From Eledone cirrhosa (Eukaryota), in NCBI GenBank assembly GCA_964016885.1, contig OZ024740.1, positions 135,098,001-135,162,000 on the forward strand: DNA of 64,000 nucleotides. The letters are read 5' to 3'. The notes beneath the pieces are model-generated. The model was not told the origin of the DNA, did no database searches, and was given only the letters and a program-made list of their open reading frames with translations. A program made the position numbers and the translations under genes. This document shows positions 1-12,395 of the stretch, one piece after another (position 1 is the stretch's first letter; each line of letters opens with the position of its first letter).

Positions 1-2
1 AC

Positions 3-497
3 AAATTTAGAAGGGCCCTAAATAAACATAAACTCAATATTAAGATAGTAGAAAGACCAGGTACCTCCGTAAAAACACTTATTAGCAAGACATACCCTTT
101 TCAAAGACCCTCATGTATAGATAAGAAATGTATAACCTGTAAAATAAGCCCCCATATTAACTGTAAAACTAGAAATGTAGTGTATAGCATAAGATGTACT
201 GAAGGACAATGTAGAGACAAAAATATAGTGTACATAGGTGAGACAGCTCGTAGTGTAGGGGAACGGATAAATGAACACTGGCGAGACCTTCAAGATAGTA
301 AAGAATCATCTGTACTCTACCAACATGCTAAAATAGAACACAAGGGTAAATTAGAGAACATAGAAATAAAAATAGAATCTACACACAGAAAAGACGCAAT
401 GTTTAGACAAATTACAGAGGCAATAAACATAAAAGAATTACAACCAAAATTAAATCGAAAATATGAGTGGAACAGCAACATCACAACTTACAATTAA
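3..497 (+). CDS. PLE GIY-YIG endonuclease, C-terminal part (5' end outside window)
   Basis: KFRRALNKHKLNIKIVERPGTSVKTLISKTYPFQRPSCIDKKCITC...VVYSIRCTEGQC...YIGET; homologous to 49895-50449. Confidence 0.85.
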   Translation, partial: KFRRALNKHKLNIKIVERPGTSVKTLISKTYPFQRPSCIDKKCITCKISPHINCKTRNVVYSIRCTEGQCRDKNIVYIGETARSVGERINEHWRDLQDSKESSVLYQHAKIEHKGKLENIEIKIESTHRKDAMFRQITEAINIKELQPKLNRKYEWNSNITTYN

Positions 498-698
498 GGA
501 CAAAATGAAAACACACGCACACATAGAACAAACAACCAACCAGTAACATGTAAACAAACAAATAAATAAATGAACATAAACACACAGAGACACCCGGATG
601 TGGCGCATGCGCAGACTGAGCCCACAACACACACACAGAAACAAAATGGCGTAGGACAGAACAAAGGAGAGGCACAGAAACAAAGAAAGGAATCCCCA

Positions 699-741
699 GT
701 CACTGAAGTGGTCACAGAGTGTGTGACGAAAGAACTATGAC
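699..741 (+). ncRNA. Minimal type-I hammerhead ribozyme motif (degenerate core)
   Basis: GTCA-CTGAAGTG-GTCACA gagtg TGTGAC-GAAA-gaac-TA-TGAC: 4-bp stem I, 6-bp stem II, 1-bp stem III with a tetraloop. Confidence 0.6.
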
Positions 742-958
742 AATATATAAACAACTATCTGGTTGTGGAACCAGCCAACCAACCAGAAATTTATAAATTT
801 ATAAATTTATTATAAATTTATTATAATAATAAACTGAAGTGAAAGCAACTGGTGCGTGTGTTTCTTATTGGCAACATGACCCTCCCAAAGTATAACAATA
901 TCGGTTTCAACACACGATTTCAGATAAAGAATCTTGCTAAACAAATTCAGAAACGAAA

Positions 959-1003
959 TATATATATATGTATATATATATATATGTATACATATATATA
1001 TAC

Positions 1004-1055
<52 letters not shown>

Positions 1056-1077
1056 GTATACATATATATATACATAT

Positions 1078-1163
<86 letters not shown>
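959..1163. repeat. Degenerate (TA)n/(TG) microsatellite
   Basis: Direct reading. Confidence 0.95.
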
Positions 1164-1164
<1 letters not shown>

Positions 1165-1199
1165 ATTTTTGACTTTAAATTTTCCAACCTCTTTAATAT

Positions 1200-2060
1200 T
1201 GAATATTGATTATTAATTTTTTAACTTCATCCTATAAGTCTAAACATTGTAACACACCGACCCCCAATATATTCACCTCTGCTAAGATGCGGGTCCCTGT
1301 GAAAATTTTCTCGCACCACTCCTGGCCTGACTGTGGTCTGACATTAATATCGACCTTTCTCCCTCTTTCTTTCTATCTTCCTTCTTGTAGCCATCAACCC
1401 TTACTTTTCTACTTCTCCCTTCTCTTCCTTCTCTTCTCCCCTCTTCCTGTCTTCTTCCCGCAGACTTATCTTCCTTCCCCCTTTTGTTTGCCTATATCTG
1501 ACCGGTAGTAGTTGTCTTTCTTCTTATAGCTGACATTAACCCTGGCTTCTCTTCTTCTTCCTTCCCCCTTCTTCTCTTTCCTTCCTTTCTTTCTTTCTTT
1601 TATCTTGTGGCATGAGATTGACGCTAACTTATGTTCCCATCCCTTTCTGTTTTCGTTTATCTGACCGGTAGTAGCACACTGTAAACTTTAGCCACGTCAC
1701 TCAAGGGCGACCGGCTGAGGTTGAAGGAGCAGAATAGCGGTCGACCTCGGGTCCTCGATTTTCAGCCCCATGGATTTTATCTATTACCTTCACGTATTAT
1801 ATTTCGAATACCTGATGATATCACCGGATTCATACGGAACCCGGTCATTGAAATGATCATAGTATAATAAACCTTTCAAGGATTTACACAAGTCCAGCCT
1901 CCTGTCATTCCATTATAATATTTAACTCCGTAATAGCACCACCAACTACAAAAACAAAGACGGTTGAACTGCTTTACGTTGAGTACTCTCTATATTATTA
2001 CATTACGATTGACCATACGGAATAGACCAGCTCTATACAGTGGTGAACCTCAAACCTGAA
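1200..2060 (+). mobile_element. Probable solo PLE pseudo-LTR / non-coding hammerhead-bearing retroelement
   Basis: Non-coding island between TA tracts, pyrimidine-rich. Internal direct repeat tatctgaccggtagtag (~1495 and ~1658) and a hammerhead motif at 1808-1865 followed by AATAAA. Confidence 0.5.
1808..1865 (+). ncRNA. Type-I hammerhead ribozyme motif with palindromic loop III
   Basis: ATAC-CTGATGA-t atcACCGG attcatacggaac CCGGTcat t-GAAA-T GATC A-TA-GTAT. Confidence 0.7.
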
Positions 2061-2101
2061 TATATATATATGTATATATATATATATGTATATATATATA
2101 T

Positions 2102-2432
2102 GGAGGCACATGGCTTAGTGGTTAGAGCATTGGCCTTGCAATCGAAAGGTTGTGAGTTCAATTCTCAGACTGGGTGATGTGTTGTTTCCTTGAGCAAGAC
2201 ACTTTATTTCACATTGCTCCAGTTTACTCAGCTGTAGAAATGAGATGATAGGGACTGGGGTCCCTATCATTCCACTGCAAAGTGGTCGTGGAGGTGCCAT
2301 GTAAAAAAACACCCAGCACTCACTGTAAATGAGGTTGGTGTTAGGAAGGGCATCCAGCTGTAGAAATCAAGCCAGAATCAGTTCCCGTCCCACGCTTGCA
2401 AGCAGGGAAAAGCGGACGTAAATTGATGATGA

Positions 2433-2435
<3 letters not shown>
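2102..2435 (+). mobile_element. tRNA-derived SINE with RTE-type 3' tail (family S1)
   Basis: A box tggcttagtgg, B box gagttcaattc, body ccttgagcaagacact. Tail ggtgttaggaagggcatccagctgtagaaa...ggacgtaaa(tga)n is shared with the RTE 3' UTR. Confidence 0.85.
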
Positions 2436-2488
<53 letters not shown>

Positions 2489-2639
2489 AGATATATATAT
2501 GTGTGTATATGTGTATATATATATATGTGTGTATATGTGTATATATATATATGTGTGTATATATATATATATGTGTATATATATATATGTGTGTATATAT
2601 ATATATATGTGTATATATATATATATGTGTATATATATA

Positions 2640-2686
<47 letters not shown>

Positions 2687-2875
2687 ATATATTGATATAT
2701 GTATATATATATATATGTGTGTATATATAGATATATGTATATATATATATATGTGTGTATATATGTATATATATATATATATGTGTGTATATATGTATAT
2801 ATATATATATATATGTGTGTATATATGTATATATATATGTGTGTATATATGTATATATATATATATATGTGTGTA

Positions 2876-2922
<47 letters not shown>

Positions 2923-2951
2923 ATATATATATATATATGTGTATATATATA

Positions 2952-3004
<53 letters not shown>

Positions 3005-3032
3005 ATATATATATATATGTGTGTATATATAT
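2436..3032. repeat. Degenerate (TA)n(TG)n tract
   Basis: Direct reading. Confidence 0.95.
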
Positions 3033-3706
3033 ATGTGGCCGGTGTTCTGGGGCAATAAGTAGCAGCAAGTGCCCACAAAATACTAGCTCTTTCAACTGCG
3101 CAGAGGGTTCTATAGAAATAGTGGACAGCTTCCGTTACCTGGGTGACAAAATCACCAGTGGGGGAGGGTGCTCTGAAAGTACAGTAGCTAGAGTCAGAAC
3201 TGGGTGGAAAAAGTTCAGAGAGCTTATACCACTATTAGCCGCTAAAGGGTTCTCCCTAAAAATGAAAGGCAGGTTGTACGATGCCTGCAAACGAACAGCA
3301 ATGTTGCATGGCAGTGAGACCTGGGCATTGTGTGCAGAGGATATACGCAGACTAGAGAGGAACGAAGCTTGCATGCTCCGCTGGATGTGTAATAGTAATA
3401 TACGTGAACGACAAAGCATAAAAGAACTAAGAAAAAATTAGAAATAAGAGGGATCAGATGTTGTTTACTAGAGAGAAGGCTACGTTGGTATTGTCACGTG
3501 ATGCGCATGAAGGACGATAGCTGTATAGCAAAGTGCAGGGCAATAAAGATAGACGGTAGCCACGGAATAGGCGGACCCAGAAAAACCTGGGATGAGCTGA
3601 TAAACTCCGACCTCACACACTTACACCTCACCAAGACAATGTCACTGGACCGAGACCTTTGGCGGTACTCAGTAATAGAGAAGACCCGTTAAACGTTGAT
3701 GATGAT
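3033..3706 (+). mobile_element. 5'-truncated RTE LINE copy, frameshifted, 3' UTR deleted but (GAT)n tail kept
   Basis: CGRCSG...VDSFRYLG...LHGSETW...RLRWYCHV; near-identical to 52267-52923, then joined directly to ttaaacgttgatgatgat. Confidence 0.9.
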
Positions 3707-3791
3707 ATGTGTATATATATATATATATGTGTGTATATATATATATATGTGTGTATATATATATATATATATGTGTATATATATATATATA

Positions 3792-3834
<43 letters not shown>

Positions 3835-3963
3835 ATATATATATATATGTGTGTGTATATATATATATATATGTGTATATATATATATGTGTGTGTGTGT
3901 GTATATATATATATATGTGTGTATATATATATATGTATATATATATGTATATATATATATATA

Positions 3964-4014
<51 letters not shown>

Positions 4015-4030
4015 GTATATATATATGTAT

Positions 4031-4062
<32 letters not shown>

Positions 4063-4112
4063 GTGTGTATATATGTGTATATATGTATATATGTATATAT
4101 ATATATATATAT

Positions 4113-4154
<42 letters not shown>

Positions 4155-4301
4155 GTGTATATATGTGTATATATGTATATATATATATGTATATGTATAT
4201 ATGTATATGTATATATATATATATGTATATATGTATATGTATATATATATATGTATATATGTGTATATATATATATATATGTATATATGTGTATATATAT
4301 G

Positions 4302-4334
<33 letters not shown>

Positions 4335-4338
4335 GTAT

Positions 4339-4380
<42 letters not shown>

Positions 4381-4392
4381 GTGTATATATAT

Positions 4393-4434
<42 letters not shown>

Positions 4435-4501
4435 GTGTATATATATATATGTGTATATATATATATATGTGTATATATATATATATGTGTGTATATATAT
4501 A

Positions 4502-4532
<31 letters not shown>

Positions 4533-4551
4533 GTACATATATATATATATA

Positions 4552-4582
<31 letters not shown>

Positions 4583-4625
4583 GTACATATATATATATAT
4601 GTGTGTATATATATATATGTATATA

Positions 4626-4656
<31 letters not shown>
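3707..4656. repeat. Degenerate (TA)n(TG)n tract, ~950 bp
   Basis: Direct reading. Confidence 0.95.
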
Positions 4657-4663
<7 letters not shown>

Positions 4664-4717
4664 TAAAAAAATAATGAATAAAACAATGAAACAGTTCCTT
4701 ATATTAAACAAAAAAAG

Positions 4718-4880
4718 TTCATTATTTAACGATCGTTTCTAGGACATATATGTGTTAGAATTGGCATGCATATTCAACAGATCTATGTACAAAATTATAC
4801 AAAATTATACAAAATTATACAAACTATCAAATTTAATATACATACCAACACATATATATGCCGTCTTCAGAAATAATGAA
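4718..4880 (-). ncRNA. Hammerhead ribozyme motif with extended stem II (inverted copy)
   Basis: Reverse complement of 9755-9907, with one extra 10-nt unit in loop II. Confidence 0.7.
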
Positions 4881-5734
4881 ATATATTTATTGATAATAAC
4901 AACAATTCAAAATTACAGGTCTGTTTGGGAACAGAGTTCAAATTGACCAATGAAATACACAAAACTATATCCAGAAAATACAGTTAGGTGTGTGTATATA
5001 TGTAAGTAACTTCGTTCACAGATATGCATAAAAATATATGTTCACATGCATACGCATGTCGAAAAAATGTATGTAAATACAAAAATTCAGGGCTAATGTC
5101 TCTGTATGTTTATAATCTACAGATAAAATACATACACGTATATAAACATATATACATTCATATATACACACATAAACATACATTCACACACACACGCGCA
5201 TATATGCATAAACATACACATAACTACGAACATACACACACACACCCACACACACACACATATATGTGTATATATTATTATCATAAGCATATGGACATTA
5301 AGGCGCGCACATAAGCACTGCCACATATATTTATATCCAGATACAGAAAGTAGGTGGGGGGGGGGGGGTCAGTATTTACGGGTGTCAGACAAACTGCCTA
5401 TTTAAAAATGTATCTATAAATTTAGAAATAAAAAGAAGAATATTAAAAAAATATATATATATATAAACAAGTAAAATATAAAATACACATCGATATTAAG
5501 CTTTTTACATTCACATGATTTATTGATTTATTGATATTTTATCTGAGTGACCCGAATCTTCCTGATCGTAATTTTTTGGTCGTATGGTTGATTTTAGACA
5601 TAATCCATGTGTGTTGGTATTTTAACGATAGTTATAGCTCTGATTTCTCTGAATTATTGAGCCCTCTGCCACTCATGTCGAATTTTGTTTATCGTGAACT
5701 CGTGCGCCGATTTTTCGATACTCGATTTTTCTAC

Positions 5735-5766
<32 letters not shown>

Positions 5767-5998
5767 CATATACACATATATATACATATATATACACACA
5801 CATATATATAGAGACACATACATATACACATATAAATACATAGACACATATACATACACACATATATATATATATACATATTCACAACACACATATATAT
5901 ATATATATACACACACACATGTACATACACATATACACATACATACCCATATATACATATATATACACACACATACACACACACATATACACACACAC

Positions 5999-6047
<49 letters not shown>

Positions 6048-6197
6048 CATACATACATACACATATATATACACACACACATACACATACATATACGCAT
6101 ATATACACACACACACACATCCATGTATGCATATACACATACAACTACACGCTCACACAACTCAGACATACATAAATAAAGAGATATACATACACAC

Positions 6198-6230
<33 letters not shown>

Positions 6231-6287
6231 GATATATATACACACATAAATATATATACACACACACACACACACACATACATACAC

Positions 6288-6346
<59 letters not shown>

Positions 6347-6366
6347 CATATATATAACAATATATA

Positions 6367-6578
6367 TAACAAGACAATTTCCTTTTAATGGGCAGTTTGC
6401 TTTGTTTCTACAGTTACAACCTTTCGTTAATTCTGTATTTGAGGAGATATTATGGTTAGTTTGATGTATTGGTGGTATACTTATGGTATTCTTACATTTA
6501 TATGCATTATAGGCACTTATATTTTGTTTTATGTTTTTGGTTGTTGAGTATGAGAATTTAACTGTTGACCTATTTAAG
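6367..6578 (-). pseudogene. Inverted upstream fragment of the same PLE ORF
   Basis: Minus strand reads [22 protein letters not shown]...[19 protein letters not shown]; 6367-6465 is an inverted repeat of 6579-6677. Confidence 0.8.
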
Positions 6579-6580
6579 AT

Positions 6581-7051
6581 CAAACTAAACATAATATCTC
6601 CTCAAATACAGAATTAACGAAAGGTTGTAACTGTAGAAACAAAGCAAACTGCCCATTAAAAGGAAATTGTCTTGTTAACAACATAGTTTATAAATGTAAT
6701 GTTAAAACTAAAGATTCTATTTGCTCATATATAGGAGTTACTTCTAACAATTTTAAGGTAAGGTTTAATACCCACAAACATAGTTTTAAAAATGCCGCAC
6801 TAGCTAATACAACATCTCTAGCAGAAAAAATCAATAGTTATAAAAATAAGAATATAGAATATGATATGACCTGGAGTGTGCTCAAAAGAGCCACCCTTTA
6901 TCAAAATAATAGAAATGAATGTAGATTATGTTCCCAAGAACTATTTGAAATAATGAAATCTAAGGATATCCTATTAAATAAGCGACAGGAATTAATTATA
7001 TCGTGTAATCATAAACTAAGAAAAACATTTAAATATTATAAACCTAATTAA
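6581..7051 (+). CDS. PLE GIY-YIG endonuclease, 5'-truncated, stop-free
   Basis: [28 protein letters not shown]...[21 protein letters not shown]...ECRLCSQE...[14 protein letters not shown]. Confidence 0.85.
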   Translation, partial: QTKHNISSNTELTKGCNCRNKANCPLKGNCLVNNIVYKCNVKTKDSICSYIGVTSNNFKVRFNTHKHSFKNAALANTTSLAEKINSYKNKNIEYDMTWSVLKRATLYQNNRNECRLCSQELFEIMKSKDILLNKRQELIISCNHKLRKTFKYYKPN

Positions 7052-7513
7052 TAATATAATTTTAGAAATTAATATATAATTTAATTTAAATGTTAGTTAA
7101 CCTATAAATTTAATTTAATTAAAATTCTACTACAGTTGAGATTATAAAATATTGTGTAATCATAAATTATGAAAAATTTTTAAATATTATTAACATAATT
7201 AATATATACTTTGTAAATTAATTTATAGATTAATTTTAGTTTATTTAACCTTTTATTAAAATTCCTTTACAGATGAAATATAACAAAATAGCGTGTAATC
7301 AATGACAGAGAAATATTTTTTAATATTATAAACCTAATTAATGTACAATTTAGAAATATATTTATAATTTAATTTTAATTTAGTTAACCTAAAATTTTAT
7401 TTTAATTAGCTTAAAGTTAAAATTCTAATACAGATGGATTGCAGAATATCATGTAATCATAAACTGAGAAAAATTTTAAATATATACCTAATTAATATAT
7501 TCTTTACAATTAA

Positions 7514-7586
<73 letters not shown>

Positions 7587-7950
7587 TTTTTATTTTTTGT
7601 TAACCTATAATTATATTTTACTATAGATAAAATACAAAATCTGTTTTAATTATTATAAACCTAATTAACATATACTATAGAAATTAATATATAATTTTTA
7701 ATTTAGTTAACATATAATTTATATTCTACTACCGATGAAATACTTGATTTGTTTTTTTTCCCTATTACTAAATTCATTTCCTAATATTGATACCGTAATG
7801 TTAATATTTTTAATTTAGTTATGCTATAATTAATACTCTAATACTGTTTAACTTCAAAATTCCGCTTCAAAGAGTATAAACCTAAGTAGTATACACCTTA
7901 GAAATCAATATATTAACTATTTTTAATTTAGTTAACCTATAATTAATAGT
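7003..7950 (+). repeat. Degenerate ~140-160 bp AT-rich tandem repeat starting in the last codons of the PLE ORF
   Basis: tgtaatcataaa...aaacctaattaa...tagttaaccta...tacagatg recurs at ~7003, 7154, 7293 and 7451, with partial copies to ~7950. Confidence 0.7.
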
Positions 7951-8221
7951 CTACTTATATTAAAATGCATAATTTTGCTTTCTTTCTTACATTTCCTAAT
8001 ACTGAAACTACTATGTAAACACATATTATGATCTAGATGCAATTTAATATTCTATGTTCCTTGAAACCTATATTTACTATAATCCCCCCCCCCCCCCCCT
8101 ATAATTATTTGTATTTGTAAGCGTGGATGTACGTTTGTATATGTAAGTAGGTATGTATGTTTGGGTGCTTGTATGTGAGTATAAAAATACATATGTGCGC
8201 ATGTAAATGAGCGTGTATGAT

Positions 8222-8285
<64 letters not shown>

Positions 8286-8434
8286 TGTATGTATATATAT
8301 GTGTATATGTGTGTGTGTGTATATGTATGTATATATATATGTCTATGTGTACGTGTGTGTGTGTATATATATGCGTATGTGTGCGTGTATATGTGAGTAT
8401 ATATATATATATATATATTTGTAGTTGATGTGTG

Positions 8435-8475
<41 letters not shown>

Positions 8476-8563
8476 GTGCATAATTGTCTGACTGTGTATT
8501 TATTTATTTATTTATTTATTTTTTATATATATGTATATATGTATATATATATATATATATATC

Positions 8564-8594
<31 letters not shown>

Positions 8595-8940
8595 GTGTAT
8601 GTATGTGTGTGTGTGTGTGTGTGTATATATATTTATGTGTGTATATATATCTATATATATATATATATATATGTATATGTGTGTATGTATATCTCTTTAT
8701 TTATGTATGTCTGAGTTGTGTGAGCGTGTAGTTGTATGTGTATATGCATACATGGATGTGTGTGTGTGTGTATATATGCGTATATGTATGTGTATGTGTG
8801 TGTGTGTGTATATATATGTGTATGTATGTATGTATGTGTGTATATATATATATATGTATATGTGTGTGTGTATATGTGTGTGTGTATGCGTGTGTATATA
8901 TATGTATATATGGGTATGTATGTGTATATGTGTATGTACA

Positions 8941-8973
<33 letters not shown>

Positions 8974-9754
8974 GTGTGTTGTGAATATGTATATATATAT
9001 ATGTGTGTATGTATATGTGTCTATGTATTTATATGTGTATATGTATGTGTCTCTATATATATGTGTGTGTATATATATGTATATATATGTGTATATGTAT
9101 ATATATATATATATATATATGTGTATGTATATATGTATATATATATATATATATATCGATGTGTATTTTATATTTTACTTGTTTATATATATATATTTTT
9201 TTAATATTCTTCTTTTTATTTCTAAATTTATAGATACATTTTTAAATAGGCAGTTTGTCTGACACCCGTAAATACTGACCCCCCCCCACCTACTTTCTGT
9301 ATCTGGATATAAATATATGTGGCAGTGCTTATGTGCGCGCCTTAATGTCCATATGCTTATGATAATAATATATACACATATATGTGTGTGTGTGTGTGTG
9401 TATGTTCGTAGTTATGTGTATGTTTATGCGTATATGCGCGTGTGTGTGTGAATGTATGTTTATGTGTGTATATATGAATGTATATATGTTTATATACGTG
9501 TATGTATTTTATCTGTAGATTATAAACGTACAGAGACATTAGCCCTAAATTTTTGTATTTACATACATTTTTTCGACATGCGTATGCATGTGAACATATA
9601 TTTTTATGCATATCTGTGAACGAAGTTACTTACATATATACACACACCTAACTGTATTTTCTGGATATAGTTTTGTGTATTTCATTGGTCAATTTGAACT
9701 CTGTTCCCAAACAGACCTGTAATTTTGAATTGTTGTTATTATCAATAAATATAT

Positions 9755-9907
9755 TTCATTATTTCTGAAGACGGCATATATATGTGTTGGTATGTATATT
9801 AAATTTGATAGTTTGTATAATTTTGTATAATTTTGTACATAGATCTGTTGAATATGCATGCCAATTCTAACACATATATGTCCTAGAAACGATCGTTAAA
9901 TAATGAA
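9755..9907 (+). ncRNA. Hammerhead ribozyme motif with extended stem II
   Basis: TTCATTATTT-CTGAAGA-c[~110-nt stem-loop]ta-GAAA-C GATC G-TT-AAATAATGAA: perfect 10-bp stem I, intact core boxes, palindromic stem-loop III. Confidence 0.75.
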
Positions 9908-10214
9908 CTTTTTTTGTTTAATATAAGGAACTGTTTCATTGTTTTATTCATTATTTTTTTAATATTTTATCTTGACTCTGTATTCCGTTTATCTTTCACC
10001 GATAGTGATTTTTGAATGCATCTCTTCTTTCCATGATATCCGGATTACATTGAGTTCTTCATACGGATTGGACACTACCGTAAACTCTTGGTAGATTTAT
10101 CTACATATATATATATATATATATAGAAAAGATGAATATAAAATGAAAGTGCTTTTTTTAAAAAAAGGAATTTATTAGGTATTGTATATATATATATATG
10201 TGTATATATATGTG

Positions 10215-10277
<63 letters not shown>

Positions 10278-10286
10278 ATATATATA

Positions 10287-11428
10287 TCATCATCATCATC
10301 ATCACCGTTTTACGTCCGTTCTTCCACGCTAGCATGGGTTAGACGGGTTGTCCTGTTGTGGGCAGTGTCTGGTCGGCTGACCATGACTTGCTCATACAGG
10401 AACTGATCTGGCTTGATTTCTACAGCTGGATGCCCTTCCTAACACCAACCTCATCTACAGTGAGTGCTGGGTGCTTTTTCGTGGCGCCTACACGTCCACT
10501 TTACAGTGTGGGCTGGGTGCTTTTTTGCCGTGGCACCTTCACGACCACCTTGCGGTGGGGGCATATTGTTTATATGCTTCAGCATGTACCCATGGGAGGT
10601 CGGGTACCCTGTATTACTGCGTGACGCCAGAAGTCACGGTCGTGTGTCATTGTCTTTGAGAGGTGTAGTTGGGTAAGGTCGGCTTTTATCACCTCATCCC
10701 AAGTCATCTTGGGTCTCCCCACTCCGCGGTTTCCATCAACTTGTAGTGCTCTGCACCTTTTTATGCAGCTGTCATCCTTCATACACATCACATGTCCATA
10801 CCAGCGTAACCGCCTCTCCTGCACGCAGCATTTGATTCCTCTTATGCTCAGTCTCTCTCTCAATTCCTTTATGCTTTGTCGTTCACGTATATTACTGTTA
10901 CACATCCATCGGAGCATGCAGGCTTCGTTTCTCTCTAATCTACGTAAGTCTTCCACCTTCAGCGCCCAGGTCTCACTACCATGCAACATCGCTGTTCGGA
11001 TACACGCATCATACAGTCTGCCTTTCATTCTGAGGGAGAAGCCTTTTGCAGCTAGCAGTGGTAGTAGTTCCCTAAACTTCTTCCATCCCGTTCTTACCCT
11101 AGTTATTGTACTTTCTGAGCACCCACCTCCGTTGCTAATTCGGTCACCTAGGTAGCAGAAGCTGTCTACTGTTTCTACAGGGCCCTCCCAGAGATTGGTG
11201 GTACTTGTTTCCTGTGGCTGTTTGCTGCTTGCTGTTTCAGCACAGCCTCTGCATGTGAATCCTACACTCTTAATTAAGCTTCCTGAGATCCCGCTACATC
11301 TCTTGTGTACCCATTGTTTGCATTTGGGGCAGATAATGGAGTTCCTACCTACACCTTTCCTACATACTGAGCAAGGCCATTTCCCTGAGGGGATCTGGGT
11401 TCTGTTTTCTCGTCTACTTACAAGGACC
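10287..11428 (-). mobile_element. 5'-truncated RTE LINE, divergent sister subfamily
   Basis: PHD-like finger, [35 protein letters not shown]...RLRWYGHV, a different 3' UTR and a (GAT)n tail at 10287-10303. Confidence 0.9.
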
Positions 11429-11469
11429 TTATATGTGTATATATATGTGTATATATATATATATGTATA

Positions 11470-11500
<31 letters not shown>

Positions 11501-11507
11501 GTGTATA

Positions 11508-11543
<36 letters not shown>

Positions 11544-11602
11544 ATCTGTATATATATATATATCTGTATATATATATATATATATGTGTATATATATATA
11601 TA

Positions 11603-11652
<50 letters not shown>
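11429..11652. repeat. (TA)n(TG) tract
   Basis: Direct reading. Confidence 0.95.
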
Positions 11653-11655
<3 letters not shown>

Positions 11656-11659
11656 TCAT

Positions 11660-11842
11660 TTAACCCTTTAGCATTTAAACTGCCCGTAGCTGGCCAGAAT
11701 TCTCTTACCTCTGGTTCAAACCAGCTGTAACTGGCTGTTCATACTCATGTTAAGATATTGTTCTCAAAATAAATATCAAAATCTCAGATTCGATAATATG
11801 TGAGATAATTATGAAAATACAATGGTTTATATAAAGTAATAT
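11660..11842. mobile_element. TTAA-type (piggyBac-like) MITE family M1, right end decayed
   Basis: Starts TTAA-CCCTTTAGCATTTAAAC; homologous to 15697-15903, 40753-40981 and 41616-41818. Confidence 0.65.
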
Positions 11843-12395
11843 GGATTAAAATAAGTCAATAAGATTAAATTATTCTTCATGGGGGCTACTAATTGTATGC
11901 AGTGAAGTGGAAAATATTGAAATAAACTGTAATGTCAGATATCAGTATTTTCTATTTGATTGTTCATAATTAGCAGTTTCCATTGTGAACAATTAACCAT
12001 ACTTACTTATTTTAAATCTTTTAAAGATAATAACTTAACATATAGTTCTTTTATAAAATTATGCTGGAATATTTTAAATACAAACCTTTTAAAATAGGTA
12101 GATTTGTTTCATAGAACTCAGAGATTGTTTTGGCTGGATTGGTATCAAAAGGGTTAAGTGTATGCTACAGTTCCTCAGGAAAAGGAATTTGGAAAATTAT
12201 TTAAGAGTTTTTTTGTATTAACATTATTAATACAATAAAATGTTATTAAGAATTATAAATAAAAAAAATAATGTAAATGGGTAGACATTTAGACATAGGA
12301 GTTGCCCAGTTTTATATTTGTTATTTAGGCTTTATTAGTGAGATGGGTAGGTAGTTGCAACATCACCAATATTATGTTGGTTGTTTAGGCTTTAT

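Larger units (their letters stand above)
1..958 (+). mobile_element. Penelope-like element (Nematis/Neptune-like GIY-YIG type), 3' part with pseudo-LTR
   Basis: Open frame 3-497 with Zn-knuckle Cys residues, VVYSIRC...YIGETARSVGERINEH and LNRKYEW. Followed by a non-coding region with a hammerhead motif and a restart of the element ORF ([15 protein letters not shown]) also seen at 49426. Confidence 0.85.
4655..10105 (+). mobile_element. Composite PLE insertion (probable Hydra clade) with long inverted pseudo-LTR
   Basis: GIY-YIG ORF end at 6581-7051 preceded by CxCx5C (CNCRNKANC). 4655-~6300 is an inverted copy of ~8540-9970, and each arm carries a hammerhead motif. Confidence 0.75.

Noticed and set aside
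2102-2175. tRNA gene
   Set aside because: It has A and B boxes but no proper cloverleaf, and it continues into a SINE body present in multiple copies.
10031-10095. Further hammerhead similar to 1808
   Set aside because: Only short word matches; no CUGANGA/GAAA core with pairing stems.
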